From Methanobacteriota archaeon (GTDB taxonomy: Archaea > Thermoplasmatota > Thermoplasmata > UBA10834), in assembly GCA_037439985.1 (NCBI GenBank), contig JBBIUZ010000001.1, positions 2,002 through 60,794 of the forward strand: 58,793 nt of DNA. Direction: 5' to 3'. The translations under genes and the position numbers were made by a program. The notes below the pieces were generated by a model, which was not told the origin of the DNA, made no database searches, and worked only from the letters and a program-made list of their open reading frames with translations. Of the stretch, positions 37,490 through 46,268 are shown piece after piece. The stretch's first letter is position 1. Every line of letters begins with the position of its first letter.

Positions 37490-38158
37490 CTACCTAGGCT
37501 GGAGGGACTCGGGCTGCTTCGCAACGTTCACGACATGCATGACGAGCAGGTCCTCCGGCATCGCGCCGCCCACCTCATTCCTCTCGTTGATGATCGTCTT
37601 GGGCACGCCCATGACGGCGTACTTCTGGGCGAGCGGGATGAACTCGTTGGCCTCGACCATGTCCGCCCATATGAAGTCGCTCTCGATCGCCAGCCTATGC
37701 GCGAGCCTGACAGCCGTTGGACAGTACGGGCAGGTCGGGGTGACGAAGACCTGGATGTGGATCGGCGTGTCGATCGCCCTGATGAGTTCCCGGCTCTTGG
37801 GAGAGAGGCCGCTATCGCCCCTCGAGACATCCATGATCGCCCCGACGAGCGATGTGAACTCGTACCCCGAGGGTATGCCGTAAAACCTGATGCCGTAGTC
37901 CTTCGCGCCGGTCACGGCGATGGCGGGTATCTTGTCGACCCTGAACTCCTTCGCCCTCATCTGGTCCCTTACGAAGTCGTAGACCTCGACCTTGATCTTC
38001 GGCGTCAGGCCCGCCAGTTCATGGCACACTTCCAGGGTCTCCTTGCAGAAGTCGCAGGGCACATCCTGCGTGAAAACGGCTATCCTGACATCGTTCTTCA
38101 GCTTCTCCGCGAATTCCTTCGCCAGGAACTCCCTCTCCTTGGGTCCGATCAGCGGCAT
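37490..38158 (-). CDS. Protein disulfide oxidoreductase (two thioredoxin-fold units, glutaredoxin-like)
   Basis: An N-terminal unit with CDFC and a C-terminal unit with CPYC (FVTPTCPYCP). The length (222 aa) and layout resemble Pyrococcus-type PDO. Confidence 0.8.
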   Translation of the reverse strand: MPLIGPKEREFLAKEFAEKLKNDVRIAVFTQDVPCDFCKETLEVCHELAGLTPKIKVEVYDFVRDQMRAKEFRVDKIPAIAVTGAKDYGIRFYGIPSGYEFTSLVGAIMDVSRGDSGLSPKSRELIRAIDTPIHIQVFVTPTCPYCPTAVRLAHRLAIESDFIWADMVEANEFIPLAQKYAVMGVPKTIINERNEVGGAMPEDLLVMHVVNVAKQPESLQPR

Positions 38159-38176
38159 CTCATGCCTCCTTCCTGT

Positions 38177-38605
38177 TCATTCCTCATGCACATTCACATC
38201 CACTGTTATTCCCTGTCGCACGCTCTCCGTGACGATGCAGAAGTCCTCGAACATGCCCTTGCACCGTTCGAGCTTTTCTCTGCCATCATCACTAACGGCT
38301 ATTCTAATGTCGACCTTAATTCCGTCAATTCTCCATCTGCCTTTCTCGTTCCTCTTGAGCGAGGTCTGGACGTCGGTCGCGATGTCATTGAGGGGCACCC
38401 GCGACTTCTGGAGGCAGAACATGAGGCTCGAGCTCAGGCATTGGCCCACCGCCGTGGAGAGCATCATCGACGGACTGGGGCCGCGTCCCTCGCCAAGGGG
38501 CGCCTCCTCGTCCGTCTGGAGCGTCCCGGGCTGCTCGCCGAAGGTCACGCTGAACTTGTAGCCCCCGTCGTGCCTCAGATGGGTGTGTATCGTCTCGTTC
38601 ACCAT
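38177..38605 (-). CDS. OsmC-family peroxiredoxin-like protein
   Basis: About 142 aa. GPSPSMMLSTAVGQCLSS and FEDFCIVTESV carry the two conserved Cys. Visibly lower in GC than its neighbours. Confidence 0.75.
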   Translation of the reverse strand: MVNETIHTHLRHDGGYKFSVTFGEQPGTLQTDEEAPLGEGRGPSPSMMLSTAVGQCLSSSLMFCLQKSRVPLNDIATDVQTSLKRNEKGRWRIDGIKVDIRIAVSDDGREKLERCKGMFEDFCIVTESVRQGITVDVNVHEE

Positions 38606-38829
38606 GTTCCAAACCCGCACGAGTCATCGCGAAGGTCAAGCTATAACTTTCGACGTCGGCCTCGTCGGGTCTCCAGGAGGATCTCCCCCTTGTTCTTGGA
38701 GCGCCGCGCAGAGCATCGTCCCTGCGCCCTTGCGGATAGGCTCCCGGCGCGTGCTCTCCGATGACATGCCAGCAGGAACTGTTGGCGGGCATACTTAGAA
38801 ATACGGGGCATCGAAATCCTCGGCTGTTG

Positions 38830-40236
38830 ATGCGCATGAGGACGAGGACCGAGAGGGACTCGCTCGGGGAGAGACAGGTGCCCGCGGAGGCATACTACGG
38901 CATTCAGACCCTCAGGGCCAAGGAGAACTTCCCAGTAAGCGGGATCACGGCGAGACCGGAGTTCATCAACGCCTACGCGATGGTCAAGAAGGCCGCCGCG
39001 ATGGCGAACATGGACATCGGCTGGCTCGAACCAGACATCGGCAAGGCGATCGTCGCTGCCTGCGACGAGATCCTCATGGGGAAGCTCCACGGGGAGTTCG
39101 TCGTCGACGAATACCAGGCCGGGGCAGGCACGTCTTTCAACATGAACTTCAACGAAGTGCTCGCGAACAGGGCATTGGAGCTGATCGGGCACAAGAAGGG
39201 GCAGTACTCGATCATCCATCCAAACGATCACGTGAACATGTCTCAGTCCACGAACGACACGTACCCGACCGCCATGCGCCTGTGCATACTCATGGTCGCG
39301 GAGGGCCTCTTGGGCAACCTGGACGCCCTCGGGAAGGCCTTGGCCAAGAAGGGCATGCAGTTCGAGCGCGTGCTCAAGTCCGGCAGGACGCACCTGATGG
39401 ACGCCCTCCCCGTCACGCTCGGCCAGGAGTTCATGGCCTACTCGGTCGCGGTCAGGAAGGCCAGCAACATGCTCAAGGAGAGCCTCAAGCTGCTCGAGGA
39501 GGTCCCGCTCGGCGGGACGGCCGTGGGCTCGGGCGCGAACACGCACCCGGACTACATGCTCCAGGTAGTCAGGCACCTGAGGGAGATAACGGGCCTGAAC
39601 CTCATCGAGGCCGAGGACCCGAGGGAGATGCTCCAGAGCAGGCTCGAGATCGCCAGCTTCTCGGCCGGGCTCAAGTCGCTCTCGCTCGAGCTGATCAGGA
39701 TATCGAACGATCTCAGGCTGATGAACTCAGGCCCAATCACTGGCTGGGGCGAGATACAGCTGCCAGCGACGCAGCCGGGCTCGTCCATCATGCCCGGGAA
39801 GGTCAACCCGGTGATGGCGGAGTGCATGGACATGATCTGCTTCCAGGTGGTGGGGAACGATCTCGCGGTCTCGATGGCCGTCCAGGCAGGGCAGATGGAG
39901 CTCAACGTGATGAACCCGGTCATGACCCACAACATACTCGAGTCGATGGTCCTCCTGAACAACTACATCCCCGTGTTCATAGAGAGGTGTGTTTCGGGCA
40001 TCGAGGCGGACGAGAAGAGGTGCAGGAGCTACCTCGAGAAGAACCCCTCCATCGCGACGTTCCTCGCGCCGCACATAGGCTACATGAAGGCCGCCGAGAT
40101 CGCGAAGGAGGCGCTGAGCAGGGACATGTCCGTCAGGGATCTGGTGGTCGAGAAAGGCATACTCTCGAAGGCGGACATCGACAGGATATTCGACTGGGAG
40201 TTCCTCATCGGCAGGAAGAAGTCCGACAAGAAGTGA
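38830..40236 (+). CDS. aspA: Aspartate ammonia-lyase (class II fumarase/aspartase family)
   Basis: VDEYQAGAGTSFNMNFNEVLANRA, NMSQSTNDTYPTA, GSSIMPGKVNPVMAE (signature). The QAGAGTS context favours aspartase over fumarase. Confidence 0.8.
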   Translation: MRMRTRTERDSLGERQVPAEAYYGIQTLRAKENFPVSGITARPEFINAYAMVKKAAAMANMDIGWLEPDIGKAIVAACDEILMGKLHGEFVVDEYQAGAGTSFNMNFNEVLANRALELIGHKKGQYSIIHPNDHVNMSQSTNDTYPTAMRLCILMVAEGLLGNLDALGKALAKKGMQFERVLKSGRTHLMDALPVTLGQEFMAYSVAVRKASNMLKESLKLLEEVPLGGTAVGSGANTHPDYMLQVVRHLREITGLNLIEAEDPREMLQSRLEIASFSAGLKSLSLELIRISNDLRLMNSGPITGWGEIQLPATQPGSSIMPGKVNPVMAECMDMICFQVVGNDLAVSMAVQAGQMELNVMNPVMTHNILESMVLLNNYIPVFIERCVSGIEADEKRCRSYLEKNPSIATFLAPHIGYMKAAEIAKEALSRDMSVRDLVVEKGILSKADIDRIFDWEFLIGRKKSDKK

Positions 40237-40365
40237 GGCGGTCTGCGGGCGCGCGCGTCAGCGCAGCCACCGCAACTGGTCGCTCCAGCCAATGCTTATA
40301 TACCGACCTTCCTCTTTCAAACGAAGGGCCCCGAAAACGGTCAGGGCCTCCGCAGGTGAACCGTC

Positions 40366-41154
40366 ATGGATTGGGGTTTGAAGAACAGGCTCTCGCGCAT
40401 AATGATGCCCGACACTGGACGCTCCGTCATGCTCGCCGTGGACCACGGCTACTTCCTCGGCCCGACCAGCCGGCTCGAGGTCCCCAGGGAGACCATCATG
40501 CCCCTCGCGCCGTACGCCGACTCGATCATGCTCACGAGGGGCGTGCTGAGGTCCTCCATCGACCCCGGCATACTCAACTCGGTCGTGCTCCGGGTCTCGG
40601 GCGGGTCGAGCATCATAGGCGAGGACCTCTCCAACGAGGGAATCATCACCTCCGTTGAGGACGCGCTAAGGCTGAACGCGTCCGGGGTCGCCCTGTCCAT
40701 CTTCGTCGGGAGCAAGCACGAGAAGCAGACGCTCATGAGCCTCTCGGAGCTGGTCGACGAGGGGCAGAAGCACGGCATGCCTGTCCTGGCCGTCACTGCG
40801 GTCGGGAAGGAGCTCGGCAAGCGCGATGCTCGGTACCTCGGGCTCGCGTCGAGGATCGCCGCCGAGATCGGCGCCCACATCGTGAAGACCTACTACTGCG
40901 AGGACTTCGAGAAGGTCGTCAACAGCTGTCCCGTGCCGATCGTCGTCGCCGGAGGGCCGAAGCTGGACGAGAAGGACGCGCTCGAGCTGACCTACAAGTC
41001 GATCAAGGCCGGGGCGGCGGGCGTGGACATGGGCAGGAACATCTGGCAGTCAGACCATCCTGTGCCGATGATCAAGGCCGTGCGCAAAATCGTGCACGAG
41101 GACGTCACGGCGAAGGAAGCGTACCGGCTCTACAAAAAGCTCGCGAAGATGTAG
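40366..41154 (+). CDS. DhnA/LsrF-family class I aldolase (LsrF-like)
   Basis: DWGLKNRLSRIMMPDTGRSVMLAVDHGYFLGPT, IVKTYY (Schiff-base Lys context), PVPIVVAGGPK, GVDMGRNIWQSDHP. By recollection it is closer to E. coli LsrF than to MJ0400-type ADH synthase. Confidence 0.75.
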   Translation: MDWGLKNRLSRIMMPDTGRSVMLAVDHGYFLGPTSRLEVPRETIMPLAPYADSIMLTRGVLRSSIDPGILNSVVLRVSGGSSIIGEDLSNEGIITSVEDALRLNASGVALSIFVGSKHEKQTLMSLSELVDEGQKHGMPVLAVTAVGKELGKRDARYLGLASRIAAEIGAHIVKTYYCEDFEKVVNSCPVPIVVAGGPKLDEKDALELTYKSIKAGAAGVDMGRNIWQSDHPVPMIKAVRKIVHEDVTAKEAYRLYKKLAKM

Positions 41155-41181
41155 TTGCGCCCGAGGGGAGTGTGCCTGGAA

Positions 41182-42207
41182 ATGCGCGTCGCGATGTACT
41201 ACAGGAACAGCGATGTCCGCCTGCAGGAGATGCCGAAGCCGGAGATCGGGCCGAGGGAGCTCCTGGTCAAGGTCGTCTCGAGCGGAATATGCGGCAGCGA
41301 CGTCATGGAGTGGTACAGGATCAAGCGCGCCCCGCTCGTGCTCGGCCACGAGATCGCGGGGGACATAGTCGGGGTCGGCAGCGAAGTCAAGGGCTATGGC
41401 GTGGGCCAGCGGGTATTCGTCTCTCATCATGTGCCTTGCGGCGAGTGCGTCTACTGCCGGCGCGGCCATGAGTCCACGTGCGACACGCTGAGGACCACGA
41501 ACTACTATCCAGGCGGGTTCGCGGAGTACATCCGCGTGCCCGAGATGAACGTGAAGAGCGGAGTCTACGTGCTCCCGAAGGAGCTCACATACGACGACGG
41601 CGCCTTCATCGAGCCCCTCGCATGCGTCGTGCGTGGGTTCAGGCTCGGCGGCTTCCGGAAGGGGCAGACCGCGCTCGTGCTCGGAAGCGGCATCGCGGGC
41701 CTGCTCAACATCAAGCTCGCGAAGGCCCTCGGAGCCAGCAAGGTGTTCGCGACGGACATCTGCGAGTACAGAATGCAGGCCGCGAAGAGGTTTGGCGCAG
41801 ATGCCGTGCTCAAGGGGACGGACGATGTGCCGAGGCTCGTCCGCGAGGGGAACGGGGGCAGACCGGCCGACTTCGTGATAGTGTGCGTCGGCGCCCCCCA
41901 GGTGATCGAGCAGGCGCTGAAGACCGTTGACAGGGGAGGGTCCATCCTGCTGTTCGCGCCCCCCAAGCCGGGCGTGCAGGTCCAGGTGCCGTTGGGGGAC
42001 CTCTGGAAGGACGAGATCACCATCACGACGACCTACGCCGGCAGCCCGAGGGACATCAGGGAGGCCATCGAGCTGCTCAGGACGAGCAAGGTGGTCGTCA
42101 GCGACATGATCACCCACAGGTTCGGGCTCGCGGAGACAGGGAAGGGATTCGAGCTGGTCGCGAGAGCCGAGAATTCCATCAAGGTCATCATAGAGCCGCA
42201 GAGATGA
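41182..42207 (+). CDS. Zinc-dependent medium-chain alcohol/polyol dehydrogenase (threonine/sorbitol dehydrogenase-like)
   Basis: GICGSDV, GHEIAG, CGECVYCRRGHESTC (structural Zn), GSGIAGLL (Rossmann). Confidence 0.85.
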   Translation: MRVAMYYRNSDVRLQEMPKPEIGPRELLVKVVSSGICGSDVMEWYRIKRAPLVLGHEIAGDIVGVGSEVKGYGVGQRVFVSHHVPCGECVYCRRGHESTCDTLRTTNYYPGGFAEYIRVPEMNVKSGVYVLPKELTYDDGAFIEPLACVVRGFRLGGFRKGQTALVLGSGIAGLLNIKLAKALGASKVFATDICEYRMQAAKRFGADAVLKGTDDVPRLVREGNGGRPADFVIVCVGAPQVIEQALKTVDRGGSILLFAPPKPGVQVQVPLGDLWKDEITITTTYAGSPRDIREAIELLRTSKVVVSDMITHRFGLAETGKGFELVARAENSIKVIIEPQR

Positions 42208-42294
42208 ACGCTCATGCCGGCCGGCGGATCGGCACGCTCCTCTGTTTTCGGCCAAACAACAAAAGCGGGAGGATGCGCTGGCGCAGGAGCGGAC

Positions 42295-42795
42295 ATGAAT
42301 CAAGCCATGGCCGGGGCCCCACGGGCGACCGGGCCCACGATCGATGCGAGGCAGCTCCTCTCGGCTGAGGAACGTGCGAGGATGATATCGAGGGTACACT
42401 CGCTCGTGTACTGGGTCGGGATGTTCGTACCGGAGCGCGAGCTGCTGGGCGATTCCGAGATCGAGCTCAGGGAGGTCGTGTACAACCTCACGAGCAAGGA
42501 GAGCCCCACGCCGGACGATGTCAGGGAGGCCAGCGACCTGATCGACCAGCTGAGACGGAAGGAGCGCGAACTGGAGACAAGTCTGTCTAAGGACCCCATG
42601 TCCGTCGAGACGGCCAAGGGGCTGCTCGAGGAGATATGCGGGATACTCAGGGCGATCGACGAGCTCCGACTCGCGGAGAGCGAGGATCGAGCGGAGTTCC
42701 GGAAGGATGCGCTCGTGAAGAGGGTCGACGATGCCAAGAGATGGCAGAAGTTCATGGAGTCCATCAGGCCGGCCAGGCCGCCCGCGACCGCGTGA
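42295..42795 (+). CDS. Hypothetical helical protein
   Basis: GGAG lies 5 nt upstream of ATG 42295. Glu/Arg/Leu-rich and helical; no family recognised. Confidence 0.45.
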   Translation: MNQAMAGAPRATGPTIDARQLLSAEERARMISRVHSLVYWVGMFVPERELLGDSEIELREVVYNLTSKESPTPDDVREASDLIDQLRRKERELETSLSKDPMSVETAKGLLEEICGILRAIDELRLAESEDRAEFRKDALVKRVDDAKRWQKFMESIRPARPPATA

Positions 42796-42798
42796 CGG

Positions 42799-44235
42799 CT
42801 ACGGGACCGTTCTCCGGAGCACGGCGTTCATCCGCGCGACGGTGTCCGCATCCAGAGGGTCAGGGACGTGGCTCGACAGTATCTTGGTCACCCTCTCACG
42901 GGCGCTCATCACCACTTCCTTCCATCCGGTCCCGAGCCGGTACGCCCCGTACAGTGCAGCCCTCTCCTTCGAGGGCATGAACAACTCCTTCCTCAGGTTC
43001 CTGGCCGTGTGCGGGTTCCTGAGGAAGCTGCCCCCAGGGCCGACGGACCTGACCAGGTCGATAGCGAAGTGCGCGTCGTCCATCACGACATCCCTGCGCA
43101 TCTCCCTCAGCGTCTCCCAGGCGTCGCAGTCGATCACGACCTGCTCCAGTGATGCGCCCTTCGCCTGGTCGAGCCCCCCGATCCCGGACGCGAAGTCCGT
43201 GAGGGTCATCGAAGTCGCCGCGCCGAACACCAGCTCCGACGGGTTGGCACTCATGCCAGGGGAGCCGCCTGCTATGCCGAGGGAGAGGCCTCCGACCATT
43301 GAGGGGACGCCGTAGTGGCGGGCCATCTGGGCCGAGGCGGCTGCGAGCAGGAGCTCCTCGACGGCGCCGTAGTGTATCTCGCCTGTCATCATGTCAGGAA
43401 CTGTGGACTCTGAGCTGTAGACGACAGGCGCGCCGCTCTTCGACATCTGCGATATGGCGAAGCTCGCGATGTTCTCGGCGTTGACTATCGCGATGGTGGA
43501 TGCCAGGCTGACCGGCGATGTGAGGCCGCAGAGGGCCATGGACATCGAGACGACCGGTATCCCGGCCTTCGCGAACTCCACGACGGCCTCCGCGGAACCC
43601 TTCTCGAACTCGAGGGGGCATACGGGACACTGGACCACGGAGAACAGGGGCCTCTTGGCGAGGGCATCGGCACCTCCGGCGACGACCGAGGCGAGCTCGA
43701 TCTCCGCCCTCGCCTCCTCTGCGGACATCGCCTCCCCCTGTACGTGCTTGGTCGTGTTCGTCATGGAGATCGCGAGTTCGCTCAGCGCATGCGTCTTGTC
43801 GGGCGCGTCATGGGCGGTGACGATGGGCCACACATAGTCGAGCGAGTCCATCGCGTCGCAGAGCACCATGAAGTCCATGAGGTCCCTGCTGGTGGTCGCA
43901 CGCCTCGCGCCAGACTCGATGTCCGTCATGTATACCGCGGTGCCGTTCGTCGCCATGTACGGAGGCCCGGTCCTCGGCGCCACCATGTCCTGCTTCGGAT
44001 TCCTGGCGCAGAGCCTCACCTCCCTCGGCAGCTTCCTGATGGTCTCGTCGATGAGGTCCTCCGGAAGGCTCGCCCTCTGCGCCTTCCTGTCGGTCCTGGC
44101 TCCGGCTCTCTCGAGCATGTCCAGGACCCTCTCGCTCCTGACCATGATCCCTGGGTTGTCGAGTATCTCGATCGTCTTGCCGTGCACTGATTCGATGTCG
44201 CCCTCGGACAGAATGCTTATCTGGGCCACTGCCAT
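42799..44235 (-). CDS. MttB-superfamily methyltransferase, non-pyrrolysine type (478 aa with no in-frame TAG)
   Basis: Full-length uninterrupted ORF. N-terminal LSEGDIESVHGKTIEILDNPGI, and a C-terminus paralogous to the fragment at 2-499. Confidence 0.85.
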   Translation of the reverse strand: MAVAQISILSEGDIESVHGKTIEILDNPGIMVRSERVLDMLERAGARTDRKAQRASLPEDLIDETIRKLPREVRLCARNPKQDMVAPRTGPPYMATNGTAVYMTDIESGARRATTSRDLMDFMVLCDAMDSLDYVWPIVTAHDAPDKTHALSELAISMTNTTKHVQGEAMSAEEARAEIELASVVAGGADALAKRPLFSVVQCPVCPLEFEKGSAEAVVEFAKAGIPVVSMSMALCGLTSPVSLASTIAIVNAENIASFAISQMSKSGAPVVYSSESTVPDMMTGEIHYGAVEELLLAAASAQMARHYGVPSMVGGLSLGIAGGSPGMSANPSELVFGAATSMTLTDFASGIGGLDQAKGASLEQVVIDCDAWETLREMRRDVVMDDAHFAIDLVRSVGPGGSFLRNPHTARNLRKELFMPSKERAALYGAYRLGTGWKEVVMSARERVTKILSSHVPDPLDADTVARMNAVLRRTVP

Positions 44236-44266
44236 TATTCCGCTCCGAAACCGGGATTGGCAGCGG

Positions 44267-44277
44267 GGTAATTAACC
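44267..44277. promoter_or_regulatory. Palindromic TATA-like element GGTAATTAACC between divergent MttB and MFS genes
   Basis: The only AT-rich element in the 115-nt divergent intergenic region; it reads similarly on both strands. Confidence 0.35.
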
Positions 44278-44350
44278 ACTCGGGCTCTTTGTGAGCCTGG
44301 CTCATGTCTCGCTCGCACAGTCGCCAGTTCGATACGCACACGGTGGACGT

Positions 44351-45598
44351 ATGGCTTTCGAATCCCTCAGGGCATCTCCGACAGCGTTCAAGGTCCTCGT
44401 AGCGAGCGCACTCATCGAGAACATCGCCTTCGGGCTCATCATGCCGTACCTGGCGCTCTACATGGTCAACGTGCTCGGGATCTCAAAGCCGCTGTCTGGA
44501 GTGGCCATGGCCGGGTACACCCTCTCGGGGATCCCTGGGACGATCCTGGGAGGCATGCTCACCGACAGGATCGGCAGGCGGTCCGTCCTCCTGGCGAGTC
44601 TGGGGCTGATGTCCATCACGATGCTCCTGTACTTCTTCGCGATCGACTTCGTCACGCTCTTCGTCATAGTGCTCGCAGATTCCTTCGTCGGCTCCCTCTA
44701 CATGCCTGCCGCGAACGCGATGATAGCGGACGTGATCCAGCCATCGGCCAGGCCGAAGGCGTACAGCACCCTGAGGATAGCGTGGAATGTCGGCTTGGTC
44801 ATCGGGCCTGGGATCGGCACATTCATCGTCGCTACGTTCTCCATCAGGGAGCTGTTCGTGTTCGGGGCGGCGATCCTGGTCGGAGCCTTCGTGATGAACT
44901 TAATCTACGTGCCCGAGACCAAGCCGGATTCGGGGACGGATGTGGATGTCACCTTCATGAAGGTGATTCTGGTCGGCCGCAACCGGCCGTTCCTGATGCT
45001 GTGCTCGATGACCGCCCTGATGTGGTTCTCCTTCTCCCAGTGGATGTCCGTGCTCCAGATATACGCCACCGCCAACCTGGGCCTCAGCGATGCCGTTCCC
45101 GGGCTGCTCTTCGCGGTGAACGCCTTCATGGTCGTCACGTTCCAGCTCTGGGTGACCTCGAAGATGGTCATGTTCAGGAGGGCTTTCGTTCTGATGACCG
45201 GCCAGCTGATCGTAGCGGGAGGGTTCTCTCTGATCTTCTTCGCGAAGGACACGGTATCGCTTGTCGCGTGCATCGTCGTGATAACGGTCGGCGAGCTCGT
45301 GTACATGTCGATCGTGTCCGCGCTGATTGCCGACATGTCGCCCGAGGCCGAGCGAGGGGTGTACATGGGCTTCTCCGGCTTCATACAGAGCCTCGGCATG
45401 GGCGTGGGGTTCTTCGTAGGCATGTATCTTCTGGACGTGCTCCCTGAGGCCAGGCTGATATGGTTGGTGTTCGGAGTTCTCGGAGCGCTCACGAGCCTCG
45501 GATACGTCCTGCTCGCCAAGATGCTGGGGCCGGAGATCGGCCACCCGGCCAAGCAGCCGGAGATCATCCCGATAACGCCCATCATGCCCGAGAAATGA
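44351..45598 (+). CDS. MFS transporter
   Basis: About 12 TM helices. GMLTDRIGRRSV (MFS loop 2-3 motif). GGTGG upstream of the ATG. Confidence 0.85.
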   Translation: MAFESLRASPTAFKVLVASALIENIAFGLIMPYLALYMVNVLGISKPLSGVAMAGYTLSGIPGTILGGMLTDRIGRRSVLLASLGLMSITMLLYFFAIDFVTLFVIVLADSFVGSLYMPAANAMIADVIQPSARPKAYSTLRIAWNVGLVIGPGIGTFIVATFSIRELFVFGAAILVGAFVMNLIYVPETKPDSGTDVDVTFMKVILVGRNRPFLMLCSMTALMWFSFSQWMSVLQIYATANLGLSDAVPGLLFAVNAFMVVTFQLWVTSKMVMFRRAFVLMTGQLIVAGGFSLIFFAKDTVSLVACIVVITVGELVYMSIVSALIADMSPEAERGVYMGFSGFIQSLGMGVGFFVGMYLLDVLPEARLIWLVFGVLGALTSLGYVLLAKMLGPEIGHPAKQPEIIPITPIMPEK

Positions 45599-45625
45599 AG
45601 TGATCGCGTGATGTAACTGGTTTGA

Positions 45626-45647
45626 GAAGAGGCGCGAGGGCCTCTTC
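45626..45647. terminator. 8-bp hairpin between convergent MFS and SSB genes
   Basis: GAAGAGGC gcgagg GCCTCTTC. Confidence 0.4.
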
Positions 45648-45676
45648 GCTCCAGAGGTTTGAAGGGGTTTGGAGGC

Positions 45677-45701
45677 GCCCGTCCAGCGCCTTCGGACGGG
45701 C
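45677..45701. terminator. Second 8-bp hairpin between convergent MFS and SSB genes
   Basis: GCCCGTCC agcgccttc GGACGGGC. Confidence 0.4.
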
Positions 45702-45713
45702 TTGCCTGCGGGC

Positions 45714-46268
45714 TCAGAATCGCCTGCGGCCCTTGTTCATGTAGCTGGGCCTGTCCTCTCCGCCCCGCTCCCGGTCGCCGCCTCGGTCGCCATAGCCGCC
45801 ACGCCTCTGGCCGCCACCGCCGTATCCGCCGCGGCCGCCGCTCCTGCCGCCACCGCCGCCGAAGCTCCTGCGCTCCTGCTCGTACTCCTTGTCGCTCATG
45901 TTGAGCTCCGTGCTGGCGCCGTCGAGGGGCTTGTCGCTCTTCGTCAGCTGTCCGTATTTGCCGACGTTGATGCGCATGTGCCCTCTGACGAGCGAGACAT
46001 AGCCGTTCTTGATCTCGATCACGTCATCCTTGACGACGCTTCCGATCTGGCTGTCCCACAGCGACAGGACTACCGCCGCCGTCTCGTCAGCTACGGTCGC
46101 CTCCGCGACCTTCCTCGAATTCCCGAACTTGCTCGGGATATCCTTCGCCTCGCTCACGTCCAGGACCTTGGCCAGGACGTCCACTCTCTTCGACTGAGGG
46201 GTGAGGTCCTTCACCTTCACTGGTACGCTAGCCTGCTCCTCAGTGTTCGTTCCTACGCTCTCTTCCAT
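45714..46268 (-). CDS. Single-OB-fold ssDNA-binding protein (SSB) with a Gly/Arg-rich tail
   Basis: The OB-fold core VDVLAKVLDVSE...ATVADETAAVVLSLWDSQ...IEIKNGYVSLVRGHMRINVG resembles crenarchaeal-type SSB. The tail is FGGGGGRSGGRGGYGGGGQRRGGYGDRGGDRERGG. Confidence 0.7.
   Translation of the reverse strand: MEESVGTNTEEQASVPVKVKDLTPQSKRVDVLAKVLDVSEAKDIPSKFGNSRKVAEATVADETAAVVLSLWDSQIGSVVKDDVIEIKNGYVSLVRGHMRINVGKYGQLTKSDKPLDGASTELNMSDKEYEQERRSFGGGGGRSGGRGGYGGGGQRRGGYGDRGGDRERGGEDRPSYMNKGRRRF
45759..45863 (-). repeat. GC-rich low-complexity tract (GGN/CGN codons) encoding the RGG-like tail of the SSB
   Basis: Plus-strand gccgcc/accgcc-type repeats across this interval. Confidence 0.6.

Noticed and set aside
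38641-40658. Long alternative-frame and antisense ORFs over aspA (311 aa on the minus strand, 458 aa on the plus strand). Similar ones occur over top6A (25786-26895), DRG (31003-32172), the ADH (41050-42399) and the nfn genes (54842-55927).
   Set aside because: Each is fully contained within a gene that has strong family motifs. Their translations are low-complexity (R/G/P/A/H/D-rich), as expected from GC-rich codon bias.
42799-44235. Possible pyrrolysine (in-frame TAG) in the MttB homologues
   Set aside because: Both the full-length gene and the fragment at 2-499 are uninterrupted, and TAG serves as a normal stop for several genes in the window.
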